From a bacterium (GTDB lineage Bacteria > Muiribacteriota > UBA6191): DNA of 29,791 bases. Where the stretch lies: the NCBI GenBank assembly GCA_036339875.1, contig JAYZAC010000147.1, positions 1 through 29,791 of the forward strand. The letters run 5' to 3'. The notes under the pieces were generated by a model. That model was not told the DNA's origin. It made no database searches and saw only the letters and a program-made list of their open reading frames with translations. Shown here one piece after another: positions 8,944-18,635 of the stretch. Position 1 is the first letter of the stretch. Every line of letters begins with the position of its first letter. Made by a program: the position numbers and the translations under genes.

Positions 8944-10668
8944 CTAAAGCTGACTTTGAACCTGCTTAGCAAGCTTCAACCAATCATCACGAGATAAGGC
9001 TCCTGATCCTCCGGTGTACCTTAACTGCTCTTCCAATTGTAGATTATCTAGTATCTTAGACTGCAATTCAGATGATATTTTTGAACGCTTCAGGATAATT
9101 TGAAGTTCTTGCGGTGTAACCTCGCGAGCTTGCAGCTTCAATTTACGAAGCAAAAATGAACTGATTACCTGTCCACCTACTTTTGCCTGATCTAATTCTT
9201 TAAGCAAAATCTGATAAGCCCCATGATAAGCCGTCTCTAGAGGATCGCTATTTCTAGCTAACCACCAATTTCTAATAACCTGAACTAATATCGTAATGAG
9301 AATAGTGACCATGATGAAAAAAATCCAACTACGACGACTAAGAGGTCGATCGTCACCTTCCGTATATTGAGTCAGAATAGGGAGTATATCCTTGCGCAAA
9401 CGTTTAATTTTTTGCTTTTCTATTTTGTTTATATCAGTCGTTTTATCAGAGCTGACGAAAACCATTTGTTCCTTCTGACCAGGATCAACACTAATTATTA
9501 GTTTTTTAGCCTCGGTGGATTCATAAATTCCTTTTTCTGGATTAAAAGATGTGATTCGGAAAGGACCTAATTCCAATTTCCCAGATTGCTGAGGAACTAA
9601 GGCATATTTGTAAGTCTTGATACCACCAAGAAGACCATTAACTGTGCGTTTTTTTTGTATTTGAGCCTGACCGTCAGCATACACCTTAAAGCCCGAGATA
9701 TCTAAAGATGGTGCCTGCCAATCTTGTAAATTACCTACTCCCGTTAACTTCAATTCTAAGGTCAAATTACCCCCTGCAGATACTTCAGTTTTATCCACTT
9801 CATTATCAAGTACAAATTGACCTACCAGACCATCAAACCCAACTGGTCGAGGCTCAGGTAACGGATTGACCTTTATATTCACGGCCTCTGCATAAACTTT
9901 TTTCGGAGTTCCTACATTAAAAGGGTCCATTCCAAACATGGAAGAAAAGAGACCACCAGGTCTACGGCCACGATTGGGTATGTTGTAGCTAGCAACTCCA
10001 GACGGAAACTCAAATTCACCTTGTTTCACAGTCAGTATGGGAACACTGACTCTTGTGACTAGATACAAACGACCTTCTTTAATTTCCTCGCGGTCCTCTT
10101 GCCTAGCCTGGTCCTGTTCAACTATGAAGTCTGTGAACTCTGGAATCGAAAACTTGGGTTGACTGACTCTAATTCCTTGAGCCGGACGCCAAAATTCTAA
10201 AATATAGTTAACTTGCTGACCGGAGTAGACTTCCGTCTTATCAAACCAAGCCTTAAAGTCTATGGCATATGGGTTTTCTTGTTTTGCTGCGTTTACATTG
10301 ACTTCGACAGTCACTTGATTGGAAACTAATTCATTACCCGCAATTTGAACCTGAAAGGGACCAATTGTTAATTTACCTTGTTTCTGTGGTAGCAATTCAA
10401 ATGTGTAAGTGAATTCTGAAGTTTGTCTACCATTCTCAAAGCGAAAGGAACTTTGAGTCCTTTGTGAAACTACTTTGAAATTTGGAAAATCAGGAGTTCG
10501 TAATCTAGGCTGCTCGGGAGAGTCAATAAAGCTCATTTGAAGCTCAACAGGTTCGCCTGGCCTCAATACACCTTTATCTAAACTTAATCGCAAACGAGCT
10601 GCTTCAAGGGACGCACACAAGCCTATTAATAGCATTAGTGCCGGCAAAACTTTTTTGAACGCGATCAA
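8944..10668 (-). CDS. batD: BatD-family protein (signal peptide, tandem Ig-like domains, C-terminal TM)
   Basis: Signal peptide, QSSFRFENG..., GKLTIGPF, FDGLVGQF, LTGVGNL, FNPEKGIY, DILPI, then a TM helix; last gene of the MoxR/Bat operon. Confidence 0.85.
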   Translation of the reverse strand: MIAFKKVLPALMLLIGLCASLEAARLRLSLDKGVLRPGEPVELQMSFIDSPEQPRLRTPDFPNFKVVSQRTQSSFRFENGRQTSEFTYTFELLPQKQGKLTIGPFQVQIAGNELVSNQVTVEVNVNAAKQENPYAIDFKAWFDKTEVYSGQQVNYILEFWRPAQGIRVSQPKFSIPEFTDFIVEQDQARQEDREEIKEGRLYLVTRVSVPILTVKQGEFEFPSGVASYNIPNRGRRPGGLFSSMFGMDPFNVGTPKKVYAEAVNIKVNPLPEPRPVGFDGLVGQFVLDNEVDKTEVSAGGNLTLELKLTGVGNLQDWQAPSLDISGFKVYADGQAQIQKKRTVNGLLGGIKTYKYALVPQQSGKLELGPFRITSFNPEKGIYESTEAKKLIISVDPGQKEQMVFVSSDKTTDINKIEKQKIKRLRKDILPILTQYTEGDDRPLSRRSWIFFIMVTILITILVQVIRNWWLARNSDPLETAYHGAYQILLKELDQAKVGGQVISSFLLRKLKLQAREVTPQELQIILKRSKISSELQSKILDNLQLEEQLRYTGGSGALSRDDWLKLAKQVQSQL

Positions 10669-10669
10669 C

Positions 10670-12679
10670 TTACCACTCCTTACTTCCAGATGATGGCTGA
10701 TTACCTAGTTTATACCGAACAAAATCCTTCATCTGCTGTTTGTGATTTTTCTTGAGTCTATTTAGGAATCTTTGGGCTTCCTCTTTAGTCAATCTAACTG
10801 GTTTCGCAGTTTTACTCTGACCTGATTTTCTCTGATTTTTAGAATCATTTTGGGCTTTTTCTTCATTGGAATCAGTCTCTTTATTTTGCTGATTCTTCTC
10901 AGAGTTATTCTGTTCCTCTTGTTTCTTTCTGGCGTCTGAATTCTGGGATTGCTCTTTCGCTTTACTGTCAGACTTATTACTTTCGCGGTTCTGCTGTTTT
11001 TTTTCTTTTTCTGAAGCTGATTTCTCTTGTTTTGATGAATCCTGTTCATCTTGATTCGCTTGAGATCTACTAGATTTATTTTGCTGTTTCTGATTATTCT
11101 GATTAGCCTTTCGATCTTTCTGATTCTCTTGGCTTTTTTGATTCTCTTGATTTTTTTGATTCTCTTTATTTTTTTGATTCTGCTTATTCTTATCAGCCAT
11201 TTCACGTAACTTTTGTCTTACGAATTCAAGATTCTTTTTAGCTTTGATGTGATCCGGAAACTTTTGCAGAGTAGCATTATAGGACTTAATCGACTGTTCC
11301 AGTTGACCAAGTCGATATAGACTATTACCCAGATTATAGGATGATGAAATTGCTATCTCCTCGTCAGGTGAGTTAGCTAGATCCATAAAAATCTGTGTCG
11401 CACCTTGAAAGTCACCAGATTTATACATTGAGTTAGCTAGATTGTATTTACTTTTAATATCCTCTGGATTATCCAATTCAGCCTGTTGAAACATCTGAGC
11501 GGCCCTCTGATAATCTTGCGAATTATAGGCACTCTTTCCCTCTTGAACGCGCTCCTCTTCAGAGCTAGAAAAACCAAAATACTCTAAAACATTTGCCTCA
11601 GTATAACTAGGAATTAAAAAAATTAATAATGTAAGCATTCGACTAATACCTAATCCACTATTTTTAGGCAAATATCTAACTAATGTATCAATAAGAATCA
11701 GTACGAAACCGAATATAAGAAACCATTGAAACCTTGGTTCATAGCGGCGTTGCCTTGACGACTTGAGATTCTGAGCTTCTAATTTTTTCAAAATTTGGCC
11801 TTCATAAATTTGCCTTAGGTCGTCATCCCCAGTTTGTGCCCTAACATAGGCACCTCCAGTTTCCAGAGCAATTTCCTGAAGAATCTCCTCGTTCAGTCTA
11901 CTGATCACTATATTACCTTGCGAATCCCTTAGATTACCTCTGTCGTTTAGACTCGGAATTGGATGTCCTTCCGGAGATCCAAACCCTAATGTGTAAATTC
12001 TAATACCCATCTCTGATGCCTGCTTTGCTGCCTCTAAATATTCGCCAGAATGCTCTTCACCATCCGTAATCAAAATTAAAGCTCTACTCTTTTGACCCGA
12101 ATTTCTAAAAGCATCCATCGCCGTAAAAATAGCTTGATCGATAGCTGTTCCCTGTTGAGGAATCAGATCTGTATCCAATAAATCTAGGAATATTTGAAAA
12201 GCTCCATAATCAAGGGTTAGAGGACACTGAAGGTAACTTGTTCCAGCGAAGGCTATTAAGCCTATTCGATCACCCTCAATAAGACTTAGTAAATCGAGAA
12301 TCTTTCGCTTAGCGTTGATCAAACGATTCGGTTCGGAGTCCTTGGCTAGCATACTTTGACTAACATCCACAGCAACCATCACATCAACACCTTTTCGTTG
12401 AATCTCCTCCCAATGAAAACCCCATTTGGGATTTAATAAACTAAAACTAATACTTAACATTGCAATTATCATTACAATCAAAGAAGTCCAGCGCTGCCGA
12501 GACTTCAAATCGTTCAAGAGTAATGCTTCATTTCGTTCGTGAATCATTAATTCAATTGCCCGCTTACGCCTCCAAAGTGTTACCCCCATGAAACCCGAAA
12601 ACAAAACTGCAATGACAAAGTAAAACCAATTTTGTGGATCACCTAGTCGTGTATTGAATAAAAATTCAACCTCAGTCAT
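10670..12679 (-). CDS. BatB-BatC-like fusion: TM-VWA-TM-TPR-low-complexity Q/N/K/E linker
   Basis: MIDAS motif VDVSQSM, DRIGLIAFAG, CPLTLDY, LITDGEEH; TPRs (YNLANSMYK, YNLGNSLYR, AKKNLE); Q/K/N-rich tail; ends in KEW. Confidence 0.88.
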   Translation of the reverse strand: MTEVEFLFNTRLGDPQNWFYFVIAVLFSGFMGVTLWRRKRAIELMIHERNEALLLNDLKSRQRWTSLIVMIIAMLSISFSLLNPKWGFHWEEIQRKGVDVMVAVDVSQSMLAKDSEPNRLINAKRKILDLLSLIEGDRIGLIAFAGTSYLQCPLTLDYGAFQIFLDLLDTDLIPQQGTAIDQAIFTAMDAFRNSGQKSRALILITDGEEHSGEYLEAAKQASEMGIRIYTLGFGSPEGHPIPSLNDRGNLRDSQGNIVISRLNEEILQEIALETGGAYVRAQTGDDDLRQIYEGQILKKLEAQNLKSSRQRRYEPRFQWFLIFGFVLILIDTLVRYLPKNSGLGISRMLTLLIFLIPSYTEANVLEYFGFSSSEEERVQEGKSAYNSQDYQRAAQMFQQAELDNPEDIKSKYNLANSMYKSGDFQGATQIFMDLANSPDEEIAISSSYNLGNSLYRLGQLEQSIKSYNATLQKFPDHIKAKKNLEFVRQKLREMADKNKQNQKNKENQKNQENQKSQENQKDRKANQNNQKQQNKSSRSQANQDEQDSSKQEKSASEKEKKQQNRESNKSDSKAKEQSQNSDARKKQEEQNNSEKNQQNKETDSNEEKAQNDSKNQRKSGQSKTAKPVRLTKEEAQRFLNRLKKNHKQQMKDFVRYKLGNQPSSGSKEW
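11121..11192. repeat. Four imperfect 18-bp in-frame tandem repeats encoding (K-N/S-Q/K-E/Q-N-Q)n
   Basis: tgattctcttggcttttt / tgattctcttgatttttt / tgattctctttatttttt / tgattctgcttattctta. Confidence 0.8.
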
Positions 12680-13704
12680 GGTGTTCTCCTAAATACCGTC
12701 ATCTCGAGAAGTTTTTCTAGACCAAGCAAAAGCAAACCCGGAATAACAAACCAATGAAATAACTCACGAAACTCCATATGTTCTTTAATTTTAGATTTAG
12801 TTTTTTCTAAACCATCAATTTCTTCATAAATCTGCTGTAATTGCTCCGTATCTTGCGCTCGATAATATTTACCACCTGTTTCTGTAGCTATTTTCCTCAA
12901 AAGATCTTCATTCAGGTCTGACTTAACATATTGATAGCGTGGGCCAAAAATTGTTTGAACTAAAAAAGGTACTTCACCCTTACTCCCAACACCAATTGTG
13001 TAGACCTTTATTCCAAATGTTGCTGCAATTTCTGCTGCCTGTTCAGGGTCCATGACTCCATGCGTGTTATCACCATCTGTTAATAAGATGATGATCTTAG
13101 TTTTAGACTTTAGATTTTTTAGACGATTAATAGCTGTACCTAAAGCATCACCAATCGCAGTATTTTCACCAGCCATTCCAATTTCAAGATTTTTTAGAAA
13201 GCTAAGCGTCACCCCATGATCAAGCGTTAGTGGGCATTGAGTAAACGCCATAGTTCCAAAAACCACCATACCCAAACGATCCGAAGTTCTACTTTTCACA
13301 AATAATTCCACTACACTCTTCACAGCACTCAAGCGTGTCACACGCTTACCTTCCAGATGAAAATCCTCCCCCTTCATTGAGCCAGAAGTATCAATAGCCA
13401 GCATAATATCAACACCGTGGGTTATAACTTCGATACTCTTTCTACCATATTGAAATCTTGCCATTCCCAAAATTAATAAAACCAAACTAGCAAGTCGAAG
13501 CCATTTGAGCACAGGATACAACCTTACTCTCCACCCGGGTCTGATTCTCTTCAAATGCCGCAGACTAGGGTAGATCATACTAGGTTGCTTACGGTGATAA
13601 TCAAAATAAAACCAAATAGGTAGTACAATGAATAATAATAAAAACCATGGGTCTCTAAAATGCAAAAAGCTTTGAGTAAGAGAATTCATTTCAGGCAACT
13701 TCAT
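12676..13704 (-). CDS. batA: BatA-family VWA domain membrane protein
   Basis: F.DPWFLLL N-terminal double-TM motif, MIDAS IDTSGSM, DRLGMVVF, QCPLTLDH, TAIGDAL, LLTDG, IKVYTIGVG. The start is uncertain (ATG at 13734, 13704 or 13689). Confidence 0.9.
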   Translation of the reverse strand: MKLPEMNSLTQSFLHFRDPWFLLLFIVLPIWFYFDYHRKQPSMIYPSLRHLKRIRPGWRVRLYPVLKWLRLASLVLLILGMARFQYGRKSIEVITHGVDIMLAIDTSGSMKGEDFHLEGKRVTRLSAVKSVVELFVKSRTSDRLGMVVFGTMAFTQCPLTLDHGVTLSFLKNLEIGMAGENTAIGDALGTAINRLKNLKSKTKIIILLTDGDNTHGVMDPEQAAEIAATFGIKVYTIGVGSKGEVPFLVQTIFGPRYQYVKSDLNEDLLRKIATETGGKYYRAQDTEQLQQIYEEIDGLEKTKSKIKEHMEFRELFHWFVIPGLLLLGLEKLLEMTVFRRTP

Positions 13705-14662
13705 CTCCTTCCTCAAAATTTTCGTACTGATCATCCTCGGACTGCTTTTCAGTAGTCTGCTCTACCAAGTTTTTTAATGCATTCAGAGCAATACTAAGAC
13801 GATTTTTCCCTCTATAAATATTTGCAAATCTCGCTAAATCCGCCTCGGGAAAAAGTGCTTGAAACTCGTTGTGAATTTTCTCTGGTAAATTTATATTTTT
13901 TAGAGCAGGGAGTAACTCCTCCAAAGTACTTTCTTCTGCACTTATACCGAATCGACGATTGAAATAACCCCTACAAATTCTACTCCATGTATCATAAAAT
14001 TCACGAAAGCTCTCTTGCTCAATCAGAATCTCAAGATTAGAACGATCAAGCTCTAGTTGAACCCATTCCCAAGGTTCGAGCGGAATCTCTAACAACTCAT
14101 CTCTAGTTGATCTACGATAGATTAAAATAGCTAAACCAATCAGACCAATGGCAGATATCAACCAATAATAGCCCGAATACTGACGATTAAATTTCTGGTC
14201 AAGTATTGGATCAATATCTAAAATATCTTGCTCACCCAGCCCTTGCTCTTCTGAAGAGATATCAAGGTATATTTTACCTGATTTAAGTTCTCCACCATCT
14301 CGAGTCTTGATTACCGCCTCCGGCAATACATACACACCAGCAAGCTCAGCTCGCAAATCATATTCTCTTGTCTGATAGGCTCTCGAACCAACCTGTTCTA
14401 TTTCATTTAATCTATCTTGAACTATACTGAGACCCTTTATCTTCGATCCTAATTGTGGAGGAAGCTGTTTCTGTTTATAAACATTCGAGTCGTAATCTAT
14501 AGAAATACTATATGTAAAGATTTCACCAGGCCTCGGTTGAGAGGGCTCAATTTTACTGATCAACCTTAAGTCAGGAATTTTTGAATTGGAGACTTTTGTG
14601 TTCTGACACCCTGACAAGATCGCTGCTGTTATTAAAATCAAAATAAACTTACATTCGTTCAT
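13691..14662 (-). CDS. Putative lipoprotein with Ig-like domain, TM helix and helical C-terminus (DUF4381/BatD-like Bat-operon member)
   Basis: Lipobox-like ILSGC, beta-rich region, DILDIDPI before a TM helix, then P.E...L..L, Y...S...R.Y...RFG, E.T..EL, ADLARFA; sits immediately before batA. Confidence 0.7.
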   Translation of the reverse strand: MNECKFILILITAAILSGCQNTKVSNSKIPDLRLISKIEPSQPRPGEIFTYSISIDYDSNVYKQKQLPPQLGSKIKGLSIVQDRLNEIEQVGSRAYQTREYDLRAELAGVYVLPEAVIKTRDGGELKSGKIYLDISSEEQGLGEQDILDIDPILDQKFNRQYSGYYWLISAIGLIGLAILIYRRSTRDELLEIPLEPWEWVQLELDRSNLEILIEQESFREFYDTWSRICRGYFNRRFGISAEESTLEELLPALKNINLPEKIHNEFQALFPEADLARFANIYRGKNRLSIALNALKNLVEQTTEKQSEDDQYENFEEGDEVA

Positions 14663-15887
14663 GAAAAATCTTTACCTGTTGATCAGTAATTAACTTTTTG
14701 AAGTATTGTTCCTGAATTTGATTTGATCTCTCACTGGTATACTTATTGCGAAGTTCATCCAAAATCTGCTCATAGGAATTGGTACTCGCACTACGTTTAT
14801 CGATGATCCAGAAATAGTGAGTACCTCTTCTTGACTTAAATGGACCCGTAAATCCCATAGAACTATTCTGTAAAAACTGCCAAATTCCCTCGAAGTTACC
14901 TTCGGTCGGCAGATTATCACTGACAACCCACTCAGATAAAACCCCCCTATTTATCTTACTCAACGAGCGAGAAAACTGACTCGCCAGATCTTCAAAATCC
15001 TTTCTTGAACTGGGAGGATTTTTCGAGATTTTCTGCAGCACCTGCTGATCACTTTCATAAAGCATTATATGGGCCAAACGGATACCTGCGGGATAATTGT
15101 AATCACTTTTATTGGCTTCGTAAAACGATCTGAGCTCTATTTCCGTAGGCTCGTGAGTACTCAGTTCTCGCTTTAAGAATTCTGTGATGCGCATCTCTTC
15201 GATAAACCTATCAACTTTTTGCTGAAAATCACTTTCCTCGAGAAGACCTAAAGACTTTCTTTTGAGAATTCGGCGAATTATTAGCTGTACCAAGCCCTCT
15301 GACTTTTTTGTTTTGAACTGCGGGTTTTCTAAAATAAATCGATCAAGTTCGGATTGATAAATTTCCTCGTTAGCAAGGCTAGCGATCACTAATTGTGAAG
15401 AGCCTGTACCTACTACCTGTTTATTCAAACCACTTTTGGCTTGTAAGTACAGGCTAGCATCTTTTTCTCTTCCCGTTTTGCTAAGGGTATCAAACAACTC
15501 TTTCTGATATTTCAATTGCTCTTCTCTAGGGTCATAAGCTTGAATGAAATAAAGTGCTTTGAGTAGTTCACCCAATTGCCCGGACTTTCGCGAATTTCTT
15601 CGAATCAACTCCAAAACTAAGAGTTTTTCTTTTTCCACAAGACTCTCTGAAAATAAAGTCCAAAGGACTTGATTAGACTCTTCAAATAATGAAGCGTTGG
15701 CGAGAGTGTTCGCAGTCTCAAAATCTTGCTGAAAACTTTTATAAATATTGGAGGTCTGATGTGGATTAGGTGAATGAATATAAAGTCCGTAAAGTGGAAG
15801 CACGGATATTAGTACTAACAAACTCAATAGCTGCCCACTGTTATTTTTTTTCTTCACTGTTTTTGTAGACTTTAAGCTTTCCATCAA
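14649..15887 (-). CDS. Membrane-anchored PrsA/PpiC (parvulin)-like peptidyl-prolyl isomerase with N-terminal helical domain
   Basis: N-terminal TM; ELRSFYEANKSDY..P...RLAHIM, FEDLASQFS, GPFKSRRGTHYF, YEQILDELR follow the PrsA/SurA-parvulin layout. Confidence 0.75.
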   Translation of the reverse strand: MMESLKSTKTVKKKNNSGQLLSLLVLISVLPLYGLYIHSPNPHQTSNIYKSFQQDFETANTLANASLFEESNQVLWTLFSESLVEKEKLLVLELIRRNSRKSGQLGELLKALYFIQAYDPREEQLKYQKELFDTLSKTGREKDASLYLQAKSGLNKQVVGTGSSQLVIASLANEEIYQSELDRFILENPQFKTKKSEGLVQLIIRRILKRKSLGLLEESDFQQKVDRFIEEMRITEFLKRELSTHEPTEIELRSFYEANKSDYNYPAGIRLAHIMLYESDQQVLQKISKNPPSSRKDFEDLASQFSRSLSKINRGVLSEWVVSDNLPTEGNFEGIWQFLQNSSMGFTGPFKSRRGTHYFWIIDKRSASTNSYEQILDELRNKYTSERSNQIQEQYFKKLITDQQVKIFHERM

Positions 15888-16756
15888 TCTCTGCTCCGAA
15901 AAAAGTTGATAAGAGGCTGAGCATAAGATTGATCGGTTCTTATTTCCACTCGATCAATCCCACAATTCTTAAAAAAATCTTCTCTCGCACCAGACTCCCT
16001 CGCTGCTAAGATACCTAATGCCTGTCTCACTTTCGAATCAGCAGTATCAACCAGTATTTCTTCACCAGTTTCTGCGTCACGTAAGTTGAGAAGCCCTAAA
16101 TTTGGCAATTTAGACTCTCTCTGATCCATCAAATTGATACAAATCAAATCATGCCGTCGTGCTACAACTCTCATTAATTTCTCGTAACCATCATTAATAA
16201 AATCACTTATTAAAAAAACAACCGCTTTACGACGCACGGCCTTATTGAGATAATCCAAACCAATCTCTAACTTGGTCTCACGCCCTTCTGGGTCAAAAGA
16301 TAGTACTTCTCGTATAACTCGTAAAACATGAGTTTTACCTTTTTTCGGAGCAATAAACTTCTCCACGCGGTCAGTAAATAAAATTAGCCCGACCTTATCA
16401 TTATTGTGTATAGCTGAAAGTGCTAATAAAGCACTCAATTCGGCTGCTATCTCATTCTTGGTTTGCCTTTGAGATGAATACTGACCACTGGCAGAAATAT
16501 CAACTAATAAAATTACGGTTAACTCACGCTCTTCTACAAATTGTTTCACGAAGGGTTTATTCATTCTTGCAGTTACGTTCCAATCGATCGTTCTTATATC
16601 ATCTCCAGGAACATATTCTCTGACTTCCGAGAATTCCATACCCATGCCTTTGAAGGTCGAGTGATATTCACCGGCCAAAAGATCATTCACTAAACGACGT
16701 GTCTGAATCTCAATCTGTCGAACCTTTTTAAGAATTTCTTTGGGGATTGTAGTCAC
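15884..16756 (-). CDS. DUF58 (VWA-like) MoxR partner protein
   Basis: GEYHSTFKGMGMEFSEVREYVPGDDIRTIDWNVTAR, FVEERELT, VDISAS, FLISDF; GTG start with GGAG Shine-Dalgarno. Confidence 0.95.
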   Translation of the reverse strand: MTTIPKEILKKVRQIEIQTRRLVNDLLAGEYHSTFKGMGMEFSEVREYVPGDDIRTIDWNVTARMNKPFVKQFVEERELTVILLVDISASGQYSSQRQTKNEIAAELSALLALSAIHNNDKVGLILFTDRVEKFIAPKKGKTHVLRVIREVLSFDPEGRETKLEIGLDYLNKAVRRKAVVFLISDFINDGYEKLMRVVARRHDLICINLMDQRESKLPNLGLLNLRDAETGEEILVDTADSKVRQALGILAARESGAREDFFKNCGIDRVEIRTDQSYAQPLINFFRSRD

Positions 16757-16766
16757 TCAAATCTCC

Positions 16767-17765
16767 CTAAGGAACTTTAACTGAATCAAAAATTCGCTCT
16801 ACAATATCCTCCGAGGACTTCTCTTCCGCCTCGGCCTCAAATGTAACAAGCACTCGATGACGTAAAACATCCATACCTATCGATTTAATATCATTAGGTA
16901 TGACATATCCACGACCTTGAAGAAATGCATAAACTCGAGCTAGTTTATTCAAATAGATAGAAGCTCTCGGAGAGGCGCCATATTCAATGAGACCGTCTAA
17001 GTCTTCAATGCCATACTGATGTGGATAACGTGTTGCGAAAATTAGATCTATTATATATTTATTGATCTTCTCATCCACATGGATCTTATCGATAACCTCT
17101 CGCATAGCAAAAATATCCTCTGCGTGAAGTACCGGCTCGATCGATTCACTGACACCATATGCCACCTTATTCATAACCTCAAGCTCATCTTCTTTAGTAG
17201 GGTAACCTACCTTTATCTTGAGCATAAATCGATCTACCTGAGCCTCTGGCAAAGGGTATGTACCTTCTTGTTCTACAGGATTCTGCGTAGCTAAAACTAG
17301 AAATGGCTGATCTAACTTAAAACTCTCGTCACCAATAGTAACTTGACGCTCCTGCATTGCCTCCAAGAGAGCTGATTGAACTTTGGCGGGAGCACGATTG
17401 ATTTCGTCAGCCAGCACTATGTTCGCAAATACAGGGCCTTTCTTAATGTAGAAATCCCCATCTTTGGGGGAGTAAATTTGCGTACCTATCAAATCTGCAG
17501 GAAGAAGATCGGGTGTGAACTGGATTCTCTTGAATTTGGCTCTTAAGCAGCTAGCTAAGGCGTTAACGGTGGTTGTTTTCGCCAGACCTGGGACACCTTC
17601 TAACAAAATGTGTCCACCCGCCAATAAACCCATAATTAAGCGTTCAACCATATAGCGTTGACCCACGACCTGTTTTGATATCTGCTCATATACTTTGTCT
17701 ATCTGAGCATGTTTTTCTTGTACTTTTGCAGTGATTTGATCTAAATCAAAGCTCATGGATTTCAC
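16767..17765 (-). CDS. moxR: MoxR-family AAA+ ATPase
   Basis: Walker A LEGVPGLAKT, RIQFTPDLLPAD, Walker B LADEINRAPAKVQSALLEAMQE, ATQNPVEQEGTYPLPEAQVDRF, YGASPRA. Confidence 0.96.
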   Translation of the reverse strand: MKSMSFDLDQITAKVQEKHAQIDKVYEQISKQVVGQRYMVERLIMGLLAGGHILLEGVPGLAKTTTVNALASCLRAKFKRIQFTPDLLPADLIGTQIYSPKDGDFYIKKGPVFANIVLADEINRAPAKVQSALLEAMQERQVTIGDESFKLDQPFLVLATQNPVEQEGTYPLPEAQVDRFMLKIKVGYPTKEDELEVMNKVAYGVSESIEPVLHAEDIFAMREVIDKIHVDEKINKYIIDLIFATRYPHQYGIEDLDGLIEYGASPRASIYLNKLARVYAFLQGRGYVIPNDIKSIGMDVLRHRVLVTFEAEAEEKSSEDIVERIFDSVKVP

Positions 17766-17768
17766 TCC

Positions 17769-18542
17769 TTATCGTTTCTCTAAAACCTCACTTAAAATTT
17801 TGTCTTCTTCGCTGATGACAATTTCTCGCAACTCACAATCATTTGATCTTTGCAATAATTTAATGATTTTCTGACGATCTTGATAGGATGGCTCACGAGC
17901 TGCAAATTGCCATTGCTGCTGCCATTGATCCAAAGGTAGGTCGCCAAGTTCTGATCTCCACGGGATATTTGAAGATAAAATCTCGAAAAGAAGCGACCAA
18001 TTACTACGTTGCGCTGCTTGAACTGCTGACTCTTTGCTGAAGACTGGCTTCGCAATCGGGTGAGATAATTTTGAGCGTTTTACTACCCAGCCTAGTCCAA
18101 CAACTACAAAACCAATTATTGGCAGAAGCATTAAACGTGTGTCAAATGAATCAACTTTACGCTTAATCTCGATTGGACCAATATCTATTTTCTGGATTGT
18201 TCCAGACTTGAGAATTTTTATTGAAGCTTTAGGAATCTGAGTCCATTGAGGATCGAGTAAGTAACTTCGTTTCTGTTCAATCAGCGAGTTGTTTTGTTGT
18301 TGAACAGTTTTAAGAGATTTTTTCCTAAACAGAGGATGATTTTCGTCAAAATTAGGGTTGATTACCACCACATCATCTGTACTATTCCACTCGACTACTA
18401 AATTAAGTTCCCCGTTGGTTAAATCTGATTCAAATCTTGCACCAACAGCGTAAAAAGTTGAAGTCAAAAAAACAAAACCAAGGCAAAAATAAATTATTTT
18501 CGCATCATGCAAACTCATAGCAAATATGAATAGCAAAACCAA
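17769..18542 (-). CDS. Hypothetical membrane protein (signal/TM, beta-rich region, TM, helical C-terminus), first gene of the moxR operon
   Basis: 257-aa ORF ending 3 nt before moxR; two hydrophobic segments. The start is uncertain (TTG at 18542 or the internal ATG of MSLHDAK). Confidence 0.65.
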   Translation of the reverse strand: MVLLFIFAMSLHDAKIIYFCLGFVFLTSTFYAVGARFESDLTNGELNLVVEWNSTDDVVVINPNFDENHPLFRKKSLKTVQQQNNSLIEQKRSYLLDPQWTQIPKASIKILKSGTIQKIDIGPIEIKRKVDSFDTRLMLLPIIGFVVVGLGWVVKRSKLSHPIAKPVFSKESAVQAAQRSNWSLLFEILSSNIPWRSELGDLPLDQWQQQWQFAAREPSYQDRQKIIKLLQRSNDCELREIVISEEDKILSEVLEKR

Positions 18543-18635
18543 AGGTCGAATTCAAGAAATATGCTAAGTAGAAAGGCAAAATATGTATATTTTTTTAATA
18601 CTCGCTACCAAGAAAACAGATGAGATCTAAAGCTT

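Noticed and set aside
10789..11205. 138-aa ORF with striking IKKIKRIKKIKR repeats (looks like a cationic peptide)
   Set aside because: It is an alternative frame of the 18-bp repeat and low-complexity linker inside the BatB/C gene; there is no independent evidence for it.
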